Assembly: GCA_030539115.1 (NCBI GenBank)
Contig: JAUNSR010000007.1
Span: 14,929-78,928 of the forward strand
Direction of reading: 5' to 3'
Length of the DNA stretch: 64,000 nucleotides
From: Bacteroidales bacterium
GTDB taxonomy: Bacteria; Bacteroidota; Bacteroidia; Bacteroidales; JAUNSR01
A model generated the notes under the pieces. That model had not been told where the DNA came from, ran no database searches, and saw only the letters and a list, made by a program, of their open reading frames with translations. Position numbers and translations under genes: made by a program. This document shows positions 18,498 through 29,692 of this stretch, in pieces (the first letter of the stretch is position 1; each line of letters starts with the position of its first letter).

Positions 18498-18505
18498 CAA
18501 AAATA
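18498..18505 (-). promoter_or_regulatory. candidate -7 box (TATTTTTG on the minus strand)
   Basis: The + strand reads CAAAAATA, about 58 nt upstream of the ATG at 18440. Confidence 0.35.
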
Positions 18506-18773
18506 TGCATTCATATTCATCTTAAGATTATCATTTTTACTGATGATGTTATACATATTACTGTTTTTTGCAGTGTTAAATATACTTTTATTAAATAGTA
18601 TTGCAATAATAACACAATGTTAATAGTTAGAAAATATTAATTGAAACTTTATCTTTCCATTAACACTTAAATTGTTATTGCATGAAAACTTTAAAAAAAT
18701 TACTTTCCAAAGATAATAGCTTGCATATTTCAATAAATTTATTGAATATTACTATTTCAAAAAACTAATAATT

Positions 18774-19247
18774 ATGGCAATAGAAAAACACAACAATATA
18801 TATCGCTCAAGAATTAGCGTGCTTATAATCCTATTTATTCTTTTTGTAGTTTTGTTGACCTTTGTACCCAACTATAAGCATGGCAACCTTTATACTTTAG
18901 CAATTCCCTTATCTATCGTTTCATTTGTGTTTCTTATTTTGGCAAGTATAAAATATAAAATAGCAAACGATAAGCTTTTGATAAAAGTCCTCTTTATCAC
19001 AATGGATTCTATTCCTATAGATCAGATTAGTTCTATCCGCAGATCTTATAATCCATTATCCTCTCCAGCCTCTTCTCTTAAAAGATTGGCTGTTTATCGT
19101 CAAAAAAGGAGGGAAGAACTTATTGCTCTTATCTCTCCAATACGTGAAAAAGAATTTATCGAGGAATTATTGAAAAAAAATTCTTCAATAAAAGTTGATG
19201 TCAAATCAGATGATGGAAAGTGGAATCCTTTAAACTATGATATTTAA
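18774..19247 (+). CDS. membrane protein with bacterial PH domain (bPH_4/DUF1200-like)
   Basis: Two N-terminal TM helices, then ..IRRSYNPLSSPASSLKRLAVY..ISPIREKEFIEEL, resembling the bPH_4 signature. Confidence 0.5.
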   Translation: MAIEKHNNIYRSRISVLIILFILFVVLLTFVPNYKHGNLYTLAIPLSIVSFVFLILASIKYKIANDKLLIKVLFITMDSIPIDQISSIRRSYNPLSSPASSLKRLAVYRQKRREELIALISPIREKEFIEELLKKNSSIKVDVKSDDGKWNPLNYDI

Positions 19248-19360
19248 TAGAGGGTAATATTTCTGCATTTTTTTAAATACTCTTTTTTTATCCTTTATTA
19301 TCTTTTAAATGAGAGGTGCATTTATTTATATTAATCATTATCATTTCATTGTCAATTTCT

Positions 19361-20485
19361 TCATTTCCCCCCAATATTTCCCCTTACCGTCCAAACGCCA
19401 TCTCCATTATGATTTTTAGAAAACGAAGAAACTGCAATAACTGTATTGTTGTCAATAAGACAAAGTGAATTCCAAAGTGCACTGCCATTTTTTGGTATAT
19501 TTTCAAATGGGGTAGTTTTATTGCAGAAATTATGACAATTTGAGTCACCTATATAAACCTGCATAATGGCAAATTTTTCATTTTCACCCTCTCTGTTCTC
19601 TGTAGATTGAAAGCTCAAAAGAGTTCTGTTGTTTGGTATTTTTATTATATAAGGTGCCCCGGCATAAACATCACTTTTTAATTTATTCTCATTTTTCAAA
19701 CAAACTTCTCTTTCATTTCTCTCACCATCAATTGGAAGATCAGTCCAATCAGGCTTTATTGAAATCACAGCTGGTTTAAATAGTCCATCAATACCGTTAT
19801 CCTCAATAGCCAAAGCTATTGTTTTGCTCTCTTTTAGATATATTGCAACAGGCATTCCATCTCTGTGTTTTTCTCTAAAGGAAACAGTAACAGGCTTATT
19901 CCAAGTCTTACATTTGTCTTTGCTCTCAATCATTGTAATCTCCTGCTCATTTGAATTAATATATGGAGCTTCATTGGCAAAATAAACCTGTATTGTTCCA
20001 TTAGGCAGTTCTAAAGCACAAGGTTCCCAACAACCATTCTCAAAGCTGTTGCCACCCTCATAAATGATCTTGCTTTTTTCCCAGCTATTTCCATAATCAT
20101 AAGAAAGAGAATACATAATCAGGTAATTATCATTACCACCTTGATTTACTACACGACCATTCCAGCAGTAAAAAAGAGTGCCGTTACTTAATTGAATAAG
20201 TTCGGAATTGGTATAATTGTAATTTTTATTATTACCATCAACGAAAACCTCATCACTCCAAGTTATACATTTATCTTTGCTTTTTCTAAAGTATACTGAA
20301 TTACCCTTTGAATAAACCAATGCAAAATCACCTGTATTTAACTTTTTAATCCTTCCATAAACGCCATCACATACTTTTTTAGCAGTCTCTTGATCCCAAT
20401 TAATTGAACAATTTTCTTTTTGAGAATACATTAAATTAAAGAGAGAAAGAAATGAGATTAACAATAAAAATTTTTTTATCAGCAT
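19361..20485 (-). CDS. BNR/Asp-box repeat protein, sialidase-like (secreted)
   Basis: Signal peptide MLIKKFLLLISFLSLFNLMYSQ. Asp-box-like motifs SKDKCITW, SYDYGNSW and SKDKCKTW. Confidence 0.65.
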   Translation of the reverse strand: MLIKKFLLLISFLSLFNLMYSQKENCSINWDQETAKKVCDGVYGRIKKLNTGDFALVYSKGNSVYFRKSKDKCITWSDEVFVDGNNKNYNYTNSELIQLSNGTLFYCWNGRVVNQGGNDNYLIMYSLSYDYGNSWEKSKIIYEGGNSFENGCWEPCALELPNGTIQVYFANEAPYINSNEQEITMIESKDKCKTWNKPVTVSFREKHRDGMPVAIYLKESKTIALAIEDNGIDGLFKPAVISIKPDWTDLPIDGERNEREVCLKNENKLKSDVYAGAPYIIKIPNNRTLLSFQSTENREGENEKFAIMQVYIGDSNCHNFCNKTTPFENIPKNGSALWNSLCLIDNNTVIAVSSFSKNHNGDGVWTVRGNIGGK

Positions 20486-20654
20486 ATAATCTATTTTTAA
20501 TGCTTTTGTACATATTCAATATTTAAACCCTCCTGCCTTTTTACCATCATCACTTAGGTATTGAGCTATTTCTGTTGTAAAAAACTTATTCAGCAATTAA
20601 CTAACAAATTATAAATATATGCAATTATTGATAGTCTCATAACTAAAATTTATA

Positions 20655-20689
20655 AAAAAGAGGTCATTTCATTTGAGTGAAATGGCCTC
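20655..20689 (-). terminator. rho-independent terminator of the wHTH operon
   Basis: GAGGTCATTTCA-N6-TGAAATGGCCTC, followed on the minus strand by a T6 run. Confidence 0.75.
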
Positions 20690-20706
20690 ATAAGATTTTA
20701 AATACA

Positions 20707-20994
20707 TTATTGTATATTAATATAACTTTTCAATGCTTCTACATAATCTTCGAAAGCTTTTCTACCGATGTCTGTTATTCGACAAACAGTGCAAGGCATC
20801 TTTCCTTTAAATTTCTTTTCTACTTCAATATATCCGGCTGTAGACAACTTATCAATCTGTACACTTAGATTTCCTGATGTAGCTTTTGTTTGTTCTTTAA
20901 TAAAAACAAAATCAGCATCTTCAACTCCAAGTAAAATTGACATTATAGCAAGCCTAAGTTCCGAATGAAGAAGAGGGTTTAGCTCTTTAAACAT
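20707..20994 (-). CDS. winged-helix transcriptional regulator (HTH_34-like)
   Basis: 95 aa. LHSELRLAIMSIL...SGNLSVQIDKLSTAGYIEVEKKF pattern. Confidence 0.65.
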   Translation of the reverse strand: MFKELNPLLHSELRLAIMSILLGVEDADFVFIKEQTKATSGNLSVQIDKLSTAGYIEVEKKFKGKMPCTVCRITDIGRKAFEDYVEALKSYINIQ

Positions 20995-21584
20995 TATTTA
21001 TTTGTTTTATAATTTAGAATATGGCCTGGAACTATCATCATAAGGGCAAATATTGCAGCAAAAAACAATATAGGCAACCCACGATATTCCAAATGCAAAG
21101 GTAAAGAAAATGCCAAAGAACCAATTATTCCTATGAACCCGCTTATAATAAGAAGTCTGAATTTCAACAATCCTCCTGTTAATGCTGTTCCTATTCCCAT
21201 AAATAAAGTCATAGTAAATAAGATGCTTGTACGTCCAAAAATTGAGATAGGTAATGCAAATAATGTTGCAATAGAGACAATAATCCATACTAAGTTTATA
21301 GCCCTATCTATAAAATTTGAAGGCAAATTCTCTTTTTTTCTTTTCTTTAACTGTGGAATCATCAAAAGCCATCCAATGATCGGTATTAACCACCATCCCC
21401 ATTTTAGATTCGGGTTTAATCCCTGGTTTTCTACGAAAAATTCAAGAATAGATACTATAACCGTTGTATATCCCCATGTTAGGAAAGGGAGTCCACTGTT
21501 TTTTTCAATTTTTGTTTTTGTATCCTGTATCATAGATGTAATGATCTCAAGGCTTTTCTGTTCAGAAATTTTAATGTCTTCCAT
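20994..21584 (-). CDS. hypothetical polytopic membrane protein, translationally coupled to the wHTH regulator
   Basis: 196 aa with 5-6 hydrophobic helices. Its stop overlaps the downstream ATG (TAATG). Confidence 0.5.
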   Translation of the reverse strand: MEDIKISEQKSLEIITSMIQDTKTKIEKNSGLPFLTWGYTTVIVSILEFFVENQGLNPNLKWGWWLIPIIGWLLMIPQLKKRKKENLPSNFIDRAINLVWIIVSIATLFALPISIFGRTSILFTMTLFMGIGTALTGGLLKFRLLIISGFIGIIGSLAFSLPLHLEYRGLPILFFAAIFALMMIVPGHILNYKTNK

Positions 21585-22749
21585 TGTTTTGTAAATTTTT
21601 ATTTTTAATCTCTTTTTTTAAAATTATATTCCCATTATTCTGCATCTCAGTGATATTCACCAAAATATTGATAAATGGATAATATATTTAATAATGCTAA
21701 AATTTTTTTTATTCGCTAATTAAATAATAGTAATATGCCAACTTCGAAGCTTATTCATTGTATTATTATGTTGTAAATGCAAACTTGTTTATAACATAAA
21801 CCAAAATAAAAAGAATAATTTTTTTGTAATATTTTAATTTTAACATTAGGACCGGTAATTTTCTAACTCTCACTAATTAAAGGAAATTTGTCATTTTATA
21901 TTTAGAATAATATATTATTCACTTTCTAACATTCAATAATTTAGTTTCCCTATTTAAAATATTATATTGAAAAAAATTAATAGGAGATAAGTATTTAAAT
22001 CAATTTTGTGCGTATTTTATATCAACTAAAATAAATATTTACCCACCCTTTTTAAGCCCTAAAAAACATCATTATTGTAAATTTTGACACAAAATATTTT
22101 TCTTAAATAGGAAATGGAGTGTATAATATTGATATTCAAGGGTATAAAAGATTTTATTAAATTAAAAATTTCGTTTTTTCAATTATTATTATCAAAAAAT
22201 TCTTTTTCATTTGCCTTAAGAAAATTTTAATCTTCGATAATTGATTTTTAATCAGTCTTTTTGATTAAAAGGCAGTAAAAAACATAGAAATGACTGATGA
22301 AAATTTTTCTTTTGAAAATTGACATTAAAAAATGTTTTTATGTTTTCTCAAAATTAAGGATGACAGTAATTGTTAAAATGAAGAAAATAGAAGAAAAACC
22401 CATTTGTGGGTATTAATGTATTATTGTGATGAAATATTGAAAAGGTTAAATATGTCCCTATTTAATGAATGATAGATTTTGATGTAATATATATTGTTGG
22501 ATAAATATGATACTGCTTTACTCTCAAATAATTATGCTAAATATAAAAATATATTTTTGATTATCTCATAGTTTTTAATAAAAAATGCTGTTAAATTATT
22601 TTTTAATCATCAGTATATAATATTAGATATCAGATTGTTGATTGTTTTATTATGATTTGATATTTTTATAATCAGTTAAAGTAGGAATAATTAAAAATAT
22701 TCTGTTTTGCTGTATAAATAAATCTTCAACAACCTAATTTGTCAATAAA

Positions 22750-24165
22750 ATGAGACCCTTTATAATAAGCTTAATATCATTATTTTCATTTATATCTACA
22801 AATTTATACTGTGAAATTATTGTTGAAGGCAATGAAACCTCAATATTTAATAGAAAGAATAAAGACTCTGATTTTAGAAATTTCTATGGTATAACATGGA
22901 ATGGCAAAGCGTCCGATAATTTGAAGTTTGCTAAGCAAATGGGGTATGATTATATTTTCTACTCCTATGGCATGGAGAATGAAACAGAGGCTCATGATAT
23001 ATATTTTTATCTTGAATCGCCTGAATATATGACATATACACGAAAGGTGGATAGAAGAAAAGCTTATACTAAAGAGGAGCAAGAAAAAATCTCTGAGTTT
23101 TGTGCTTTAAAGGATGCCTCACTGCCTTTCCCTGATAATTTAGCATCAGGATGGACCACTGAATCACAATCGTTTACAGTATTGCCAGATTTTCAGCAGC
23201 AAAAGGTTATAGATGTTGTTGTGGAAAAAATAATAGAACGGATAAAAGAGATAGAACGTCCCAACAAGAATTTCCTTTTTGGCGGCATTGCCTGGGATGT
23301 GCCTCAATTGGAGGGCGATTTCTACGATAAAGCTCAGGCTCTTGGAGGGAAACAAATAACTCTTAGCTTTTGGCGTGGAGAGGATAGTGGTGATATATGT
23401 CCGGGCACAGTTCATGATTATAATACTTACAGCGATGGCAGAGCAATGTTCTACAAGACACTATATAAGAGAGTTAAGGATTTATATCCAAATGCAAAAT
23501 TTATGGTTGAGCCATGGCATATTTATAACGATTGGATTGAGGATATGCAAAAACGGAATGATGCAAAAGAGTTGATGCCAGATTTAGTATTGCAGGAGGG
23601 ACCATGGACAGATTTTGTTACCGATAATAAAAATTTCTCTTCCGGATTGGTTGACTATAACAATATCGGCTGCACAACACCCAATGTGTATAGTGAAGAG
23701 AAAAACAGGGAAATTGCTGCCATGGCAGCTGTTCATGGAGCCATCTTTGGCTGGTTTGGAAGATTTGGAGGCACAGGAGAAATGCCTGCCTATAAAAATG
23801 TATTTGATGTTCCGGCTTGGCTTTTATTAGTTAGAGCCATCTGTGGATGGGAAAATAAGAACAAAACTCCTCTTAACAAACGCAAATGGGTGGATGGCAT
23901 TTATTCTTCACCAACTGCATATATTTCAGATGATGTAATATATGCAAAACAACCAAATACAGATAGAATATTTGTTGTTTTTAATAAAAGTAATTCAAAA
24001 GCTCCATTCTATTTATTTAAAAAGGGAATGAAAGTCTTTTCTTCAGACAATATGTTGATTGAGAATGGTGTTTCAACCGATGATGTTTTAATCTCAAATA
24101 ATATTATTACTCTTGTTAATGAGAATAAGATTGGAAAGGCATTTATAATCAAGAAGGCAAAATAA
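22750..24165 (+). CDS. hypothetical secreted protein (function unknown; possibly carbohydrate-active)
   Basis: 471-aa ORF with signal peptide MRPFIISLISLFSFISTNLYC. No motif I can assign. Confidence 0.4.
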   Translation: MRPFIISLISLFSFISTNLYCEIIVEGNETSIFNRKNKDSDFRNFYGITWNGKASDNLKFAKQMGYDYIFYSYGMENETEAHDIYFYLESPEYMTYTRKVDRRKAYTKEEQEKISEFCALKDASLPFPDNLASGWTTESQSFTVLPDFQQQKVIDVVVEKIIERIKEIERPNKNFLFGGIAWDVPQLEGDFYDKAQALGGKQITLSFWRGEDSGDICPGTVHDYNTYSDGRAMFYKTLYKRVKDLYPNAKFMVEPWHIYNDWIEDMQKRNDAKELMPDLVLQEGPWTDFVTDNKNFSSGLVDYNNIGCTTPNVYSEEKNREIAAMAAVHGAIFGWFGRFGGTGEMPAYKNVFDVPAWLLLVRAICGWENKNKTPLNKRKWVDGIYSSPTAYISDDVIYAKQPNTDRIFVVFNKSNSKAPFYLFKKGMKVFSSDNMLIENGVSTDDVLISNNIITLVNENKIGKAFIIKKAK

Positions 24166-24196
24166 TCAATATTATATCCACTAAATTATATTTAAT

Positions 24197-24598
24197 ATGA
24201 ATGTAAAGGAGAGAACCACACCTCAGAATATTAGTGTATTAAAGCCAAATGAGGTTTTCGTTTTTGGAAGTAATCTTGCGGGGATTCATGGCGGAGGAGC
24301 AGCAAGAACTGCAGTTGAAAAATTTGGTGCGATAATGATGCAGGGGATTGGGCTTCAGGGACAATCTTATGCCATACCGACTATGCAGGGAGGTGTTAAA
24401 ACAATAAAGCCCTATGTAGATGGCTTTATTGACTTTGCAAAGAGTCATCCTGAGATGAAATTCTATGTTACACGCATAGGCTGTGGCATTGCCGGGTTTA
24501 AGGATGAAGAGATAGCCCCGCTCTTTGCAAAATGTTTTTCTATTGACAATATTTATCTTCCGGCTTCTTTTTGGAAAGTCTTAATAGATGAATTTTAG
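24197..24598 (+). CDS. A1S_2505-like conserved protein (phage-associated family)
   Basis: VFVFGSNLAGIHGGGAARTA...GQSYAIPT...YVTRIGCGIAGF matches my memory of that family's pattern. Confidence 0.45.
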   Translation: MNVKERTTPQNISVLKPNEVFVFGSNLAGIHGGGAARTAVEKFGAIMMQGIGLQGQSYAIPTMQGGVKTIKPYVDGFIDFAKSHPEMKFYVTRIGCGIAGFKDEEIAPLFAKCFSIDNIYLPASFWKVLIDEF

Positions 24599-24673
24599 TT
24601 TCCAATTTATAAATAACCATTAGTTAAGAAAAACCAATCATTAACCCTGATAAATCTTTTAGCTATAAATTTA

Positions 24674-24681
24674 TATATTTG
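24674..24681 (+). promoter_or_regulatory. candidate -7 box (TATATTTG) for metH
   Basis: TAnnTTTG match. It implies a leader of about 130 nt before the ATG at 24821. Confidence 0.35.
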
Positions 24682-24820
24682 CCATTAAAAGAAATAGAAA
24701 TAGCATATTGTGATATAAGTAAGCGTTTTTTCGATATAAAATCTACTTATACCGACTCCTTAAGAAAACAGGAGTAATGTTATTAAAAATATTTATCTCT
24801 CTTGAATATAAGGCTGTGTT

Positions 24821-27800
24821 ATGAATATTAAAGATATACTGAAAAAAAGGATTCTTGTTCTCGATGGTGCGATGGGAACACAGATACAACAATATAAGCT
24901 TAGCGAGGCTGATTTTCGTGGCGAAAGATTTAAAGATTCCCTTTATTCATTAAAGGGGAACAACGATTTGCTTGTTCTTACCAAGCCTGAGATAATTAGT
25001 GAGATTCATAACAATTATCTTGAAGCGGGAGCTGATATAATTGAAACTGACACATTCAATGCAAATGCAGTTTCAATGGAGGATTATGGTATGCAGGATA
25101 TTGTATATGAAATAAACTATGAAGCTGCCCGTTTGGCAAAACTTTCGGCTCAGGAGTTTACTAAAAAAGATCTTTCAAAACCAAGATTTGTTGCAGGTTC
25201 GGTAGGCCCAACAAATAAAACAACCAGTATGTCTCCTGATGTCAACGATCCATCTTTTAGAGCCTTGGATTTTGACACCTTAAAAAATGCATATATAACT
25301 CAGTTTGAAGCATTGATAGCGGGAGGCGTCGATTTACTGCTTATCGAAACAATTTTTGATACTTTAAATGTAAAGGCTGCAATAGCTGCATTTGAGCATG
25401 TTTTTGATAAAACAGGCAAAAACATTCCAGTAATGCTCTCTTTAACTTTATCAGACAAAAACGGACGTACTCTTTCCGGACAAACTATTGAAGCTTTTTT
25501 AGCCTCTATTATGCATGCAGATATCCTTTCTGTGGGACTTAACTGTTCATTTGGAGCAAGAGACATGAAGAGCTTCTTAAAGCAAATGGGTGAGAAGGCT
25601 CCCTATTTTATCTCTGCTTATCCAAATGCGGGGCTTCCAAATAGATTTGGAGAATATGATGAAACGCCGCAACTGATGGCTGAGCAGGTAAAAGAGTTTA
25701 TTGACGAACGCCTTGTCAATATTATTGGCGGTTGTTGCGGCACGACTCCTCAGCATATTAATGCAATAGCTCAACTTGCTAAAGAGGGAACGCCTCATTC
25801 AATTGCTCCAAACTATGATTGTTGTAAGCTGTCGGGACTTGAGCTTCTTGAAATACGACCTGAGAACAATTTTGTAAATGTAGGTGAAAGATGTAATGTT
25901 GCAGGGTCAAGAAAATTTCTAAGGCTTATAAATGAGAAAAATTATGACGAGGCTCTAACAATAGCCCGTCATCAAGTAGAAGATGGAGCTCAGATTATAG
26001 ATGTCAATATGGATGACGCAATGCTTGACACTAAAGCTGAGATGGTGAAATTTATGAATCTTTTAGCCGGAGAACCGGATATCTGCAAAGTTCCGGTAAT
26101 GATTGACTCCTCAAAGTTTGATGTTATTGAGGCTGCTTTGAAATGCGTTCAGGGAAAGTCTATTGTCAATTCCATATCCTTGAAAGAGGGAGAAGAGATA
26201 TTTATAGAGAGAGCTAAAACAATCAAATCTCTTGGTGCGGCAACTGTTGTAATGGCTTTTGATGAAAAGGGTCAGGCAGACAGCTATGAAAGAAGAATAG
26301 AAATCTGCAAGAGAGCCTATGATATATTAGTGGAAAAAGTTGGCTTTAATCCCTATGATATAATTTTTGATCCAAATGTATTGAGCATTGCAACCGGTAT
26401 TGCCGAACATAACAATTATGCTGTAGATTTTATTAATGCCACAAGATGGATTAAAGAAAACTTGCCACATGCAAAAATAAGCGGTGGAGTAAGCAATCTT
26501 TCTTTTTCTTTAAGAGGCAATAATTATATCAGAGAGGCGATGCATGCTGTATTTCTTTATCATGCCATAAATGCCGGGATGGATATGGGTATTGTAAACC
26601 CCGCAACAAGCGTTACATATAATGATATTCCTCAGGATATTCTTGAAGTTATAGAGGATGCAGTTTTAAACAGACGAGAAGATGCTACCGAAAGACTTAT
26701 TGAGACAGCAGAGAGATTAAAGGAGAACAAAAACGAAAGCAAAGCAGAGAAAACAGATCCAAGAAAAGATCTTGATGTTGATGGACGGTTGGAATATTCA
26801 CTTTTAAAGGGTACTCCCGAATTTCTTGAAGCAGACCTTAAGGAGGCTTTGGAGAAATATGGCAAAGCAATAGATATTATTGATATTCCTTTGATGAAGG
26901 GTATGAATAAAGTGGGTGAACTCTTTGGAGAGGGAAAAATGTTTCTTCCTCAGGTTGTGAAAACAGCCAGAACAATGAAAAGAGCTGTAGAGATTTTGCA
27001 GCCGGAAATTGAAAAGGAGAGGAGCTCTTCGACTTCTAAGAGCATCGGGAAATTTCTTTTGGCAACTGTAAAGGGAGATGTGCACGATATAGGTAAAAAT
27101 ATTGTAGGTGTCATTTTAGCATGCAACAATTATGAAGTTATTGATTTGGGTGTTATGGTTTCATCCGACGATATTATTAACACTGCTATTAAGGAAAATG
27201 TCGATTTTATAGGTCTAAGCGGACTGATAACTCCTTCACTTGAAGAGATGTGCAATGTGGCTAAGAAGATGGAGGAACACTCTATGAAAATTCCTTTAAT
27301 GATTGGCGGTGCCACAACTTCCGAAATACATACTGCAGTGAAGATTGCTCCGCAATACAGCGGTCCTGTTTTTTATGTTAAGGATGCAGCTCAAAATCCT
27401 ATTCTTGCCTCCAACTTGCTTAATCATGAATTGAAGGACAACGTAGTAAATGAAAATTTTAAAAGACAACAGGCATTAAGGGATGGTTTAGTGAAAATTG
27501 AAACAGTTGATTTTGAAGAAGCTAAGAATAATTCTTTAAAAATTGATTTTTCAAAACAAACGATTATTAAACCTTCATATTTAGGTGTTAAGAAGTATGA
27601 TGATATAAGTATAAAAGATCTTAGAGAATTTATTAACTGGAGGTATTTCTTTAATGCATGGAAGATTGATGCAAGTTTTGCTAAAGTTGCCGATATAAAA
27701 GGTTGCGATTGCTGCAAGGCTTCTTGGCTGGCATCTTTCCCTGTGGAAAAAAGAGAAAAAGCTTCTCAAGCTATGCAGCTTTATAAGGAGGCTCAGAGAA

Positions 27801-28543
27801 TGCTTGATAAACTAATATTTGACGTTGATATCAAAATGAAGGCTAAGGTTGGCTTTTTTAAGGCTTCTTCAAATAAGGAATTTATTAGAATTTTTGAAGA
27901 AAATGATAATAAAGAACTTCATATTGATGAAACTTTAAAGAGCACAAAACAAACTATTATTCCATTTTTAAGGCAGCAGGCAAAGAATGATGATAAAGAA
28001 ACTTATCTCTCACTTACTGATTTTATTGCTGATGATGAAAATAAAATAGATGACTATATCGGAGCCTTTGTGATTACAGTTGGCGAAGATTTTGAGAATC
28101 TGTTAAATGTTTATAAGAAAAAGGATGATTATCAAGCCATTTTGCTGCAAACAATAGGAGATCGTCTTGCCGAGGCTGCAAGCGAATGGCTTCATCAAAA
28201 GGTAAGAAAAGAGTTGTGGGGATATTCAAAGGATGAAAATATGGCTGTTTCTGATATGTTTAAAAGTAAATATCAGGGTATTAGACCTGCTGTGGGTTAT
28301 CCTTCTATTCCTGATCAATCCATTAATTTTATTCTTGACAACTTGCTTGATTTTAAAGAGATTGGGGTGCGCATGACAGAAAATGGAGCTATGCAGCCAA
28401 ATGCGTCAGTCAGTGGTTTTTATTTTGCTAATCCAAAAAGCTCATACTTTATGATTGGAGCAGTGGATGACAAACAGAAAAACGAATACTCAAAGAACAG
28501 AGGATTTACAGCCGGGGAAATGGATAAGTTTCTGGGCAAATAA
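24821..28543 (+). CDS. metH: cobalamin-dependent methionine synthase
   Basis: 1240 aa. Domains in order: Hcy-binding ([18 protein letters not shown]), pterin-binding, B12-binding ([11 protein letters not shown]), and AdoMet activation domain. Confidence 0.95.
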   Translation: MNIKDILKKRILVLDGAMGTQIQQYKLSEADFRGERFKDSLYSLKGNNDLLVLTKPEIISEIHNNYLEAGADIIETDTFNANAVSMEDYGMQDIVYEINYEAARLAKLSAQEFTKKDLSKPRFVAGSVGPTNKTTSMSPDVNDPSFRALDFDTLKNAYITQFEALIAGGVDLLLIETIFDTLNVKAAIAAFEHVFDKTGKNIPVMLSLTLSDKNGRTLSGQTIEAFLASIMHADILSVGLNCSFGARDMKSFLKQMGEKAPYFISAYPNAGLPNRFGEYDETPQLMAEQVKEFIDERLVNIIGGCCGTTPQHINAIAQLAKEGTPHSIAPNYDCCKLSGLELLEIRPENNFVNVGERCNVAGSRKFLRLINEKNYDEALTIARHQVEDGAQIIDVNMDDAMLDTKAEMVKFMNLLAGEPDICKVPVMIDSSKFDVIEAALKCVQGKSIVNSISLKEGEEIFIERAKTIKSLGAATVVMAFDEKGQADSYERRIEICKRAYDILVEKVGFNPYDIIFDPNVLSIATGIAEHNNYAVDFINATRWIKENLPHAKISGGVSNLSFSLRGNNYIREAMHAVFLYHAINAGMDMGIVNPATSVTYNDIPQDILEVIEDAVLNRREDATERLIETAERLKENKNESKAEKTDPRKDLDVDGRLEYSLLKGTPEFLEADLKEALEKYGKAIDIIDIPLMKGMNKVGELFGEGKMFLPQVVKTARTMKRAVEILQPEIEKERSSSTSKSIGKFLLATVKGDVHDIGKNIVGVILACNNYEVIDLGVMVSSDDIINTAIKENVDFIGLSGLITPSLEEMCNVAKKMEEHSMKIPLMIGGATTSEIHTAVKIAPQYSGPVFYVKDAAQNPILASNLLNHELKDNVVNENFKRQQALRDGLVKIETVDFEEAKNNSLKIDFSKQTIIKPSYLGVKKYDDISIKDLREFINWRYFFNAWKIDASFAKVADIKGCDCCKASWLASFPVEKREKASQAMQLYKEAQRMLDKLIFDVDIKMKAKVGFFKASSNKEFIRIFEENDNKELHIDETLKSTKQTIIPFLRQQAKNDDKETYLSLTDFIADDENKIDDYIGAFVITVGEDFENLLNVYKKKDDYQAILLQTIGDRLAEAASEWLHQKVRKELWGYSKDENMAVSDMFKSKYQGIRPAVGYPSIPDQSINFILDNLLDFKEIGVRMTENGAMQPNASVSGFYFANPKSSYFMIGAVDDKQKNEYSKNRGFTAGEMDKFLGK

Positions 28544-28577
28544 TTTTCCCTTTTATTATTTGTTAAATATATTTCTG

Positions 28578-28618
28578 AAAAAAGCTGTATAAATATCAAT
28601 GTTTATACAGCTTTTTTT
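28578..28618 (+). terminator. rho-independent terminator of metH
   Basis: AAAAAAGCTGTATAAA-N8-TTTATACAGCTTTTTTT. Confidence 0.8.
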
Positions 28619-28690
28619 ATGGATATAAGTTATAGTTTTTACTTCTCTGTAATTTAAAGTTTAGGCAGAGCCTCACAATAAAGAGATCGT

Positions 28691-29461
28691 TTAGAAAACC
28701 TTGAAAAGCTTAAAAAGAAGCATATATAAAAGAGATAGAAGAAGTATTATGATCATTAAAATTCTTATAAATTTTGGGCTCCAACTAATTGCAGCCTTTG
28801 CTCCATACCATCCTCCTATAAAACTGCCTATTCCAAGAAGCAGACCATCAAAGATTAGTACCTGATGGTAGTAAAAGAAGATTATCAAGGCAAATGGAGT
28901 AAGCACAAGATTCAGAAATATTTTGATTGCATCAGCTGCTACCATATCGACTTTTACTCTCCACAATAATGCGGCAAACCAAATATAAGTTGCGGCAGCT
29001 TGAATAAATCCTGCATAAAAACCGATAGCCAAGAATATTATGAATGTAAAAATATCTATCTTGTCTTTTGGATTTGTTTTAGTTGAAGGATTCCAGTTTT
29101 GGGGCTGCCAAACAACATAAATTATCATTAACACAAGAATCGAAATGATGATAATATTTAGAATTTTATCTGTCAGACCGGCAGCAAGTACAGCACCGAT
29201 TACACCACCTATGATTGTAGGAAGCATAAGCTTAAGCCCAATTTTTATTGGCAGCCTTTTATTTTTAATGAATTTGTAAGTAGCAGAAATATCCTGCATT
29301 ATCACTGCTATTCTATTTGTGCCATTGGCTGTGGTAGGAGGCATCCCCAAACCTATAAGAATGGGAAGAGTTATTAATGAGCCGGCACCGGCGATAATAT
29401 TTATTAGTCCCGCAAGAGCTCCTCCTATAACCAGAAGAGCATATTTTATAATTTCTTCCAT
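28691..29461 (-). CDS. sulfite exporter TauE/SafE family membrane protein
   Basis: 256 aa, polytopic. GAGSLITLPILIGLGMPPTTANGTNR is typical of TauE/SafE. Confidence 0.75.
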   Translation of the reverse strand: MEEIIKYALLVIGGALAGLINIIAGAGSLITLPILIGLGMPPTTANGTNRIAVIMQDISATYKFIKNKRLPIKIGLKLMLPTIIGGVIGAVLAAGLTDKILNIIIISILVLMIIYVVWQPQNWNPSTKTNPKDKIDIFTFIIFLAIGFYAGFIQAAATYIWFAALLWRVKVDMVAADAIKIFLNLVLTPFALIIFFYYHQVLIFDGLLLGIGSFIGGWYGAKAAISWSPKFIRILMIIILLLSLLYMLLFKLFKVF

Positions 29462-29634
29462 AATGTATATATTATCTTGATAACACTTAAGAAATAAAAC
29501 TGTTTTATTTTTTGTGAGGTTTAGTCATACATTAATTGGATAATATATTATAGGGAAGATGATGATTAGCTTTTTTTCATGTACCGAATCCTTTTTTTTA
29601 ACAGGCAAATAAAGTCGAAGAACCATATAAACAT

Positions 29635-29671
29635 AAAAAAGGACAGCCCGCTTCTCAACGGACTGTCCTTT
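29635..29671 (-). terminator. rho-independent terminator of htpG
   Basis: AAAGGACAG-N16-CTGTCCTTT, followed by a T run on the minus strand. Confidence 0.75.
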
Positions 29672-29692
29672 ATCAATCAAATAACTATAAAT

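Noticed and set aside
24682-24820. Possible riboswitch in the metH leader of about 130 nt (two hairpins: ATAAGTA/TACTTAT and CTCCT/AGGAG)
   Set aside because: I could not recognise a B12 box or any SAM-I, SAM-II or SAH riboswitch core sequence. The hairpins are short and AT-rich, so the evidence is insufficient to call an RNA element.
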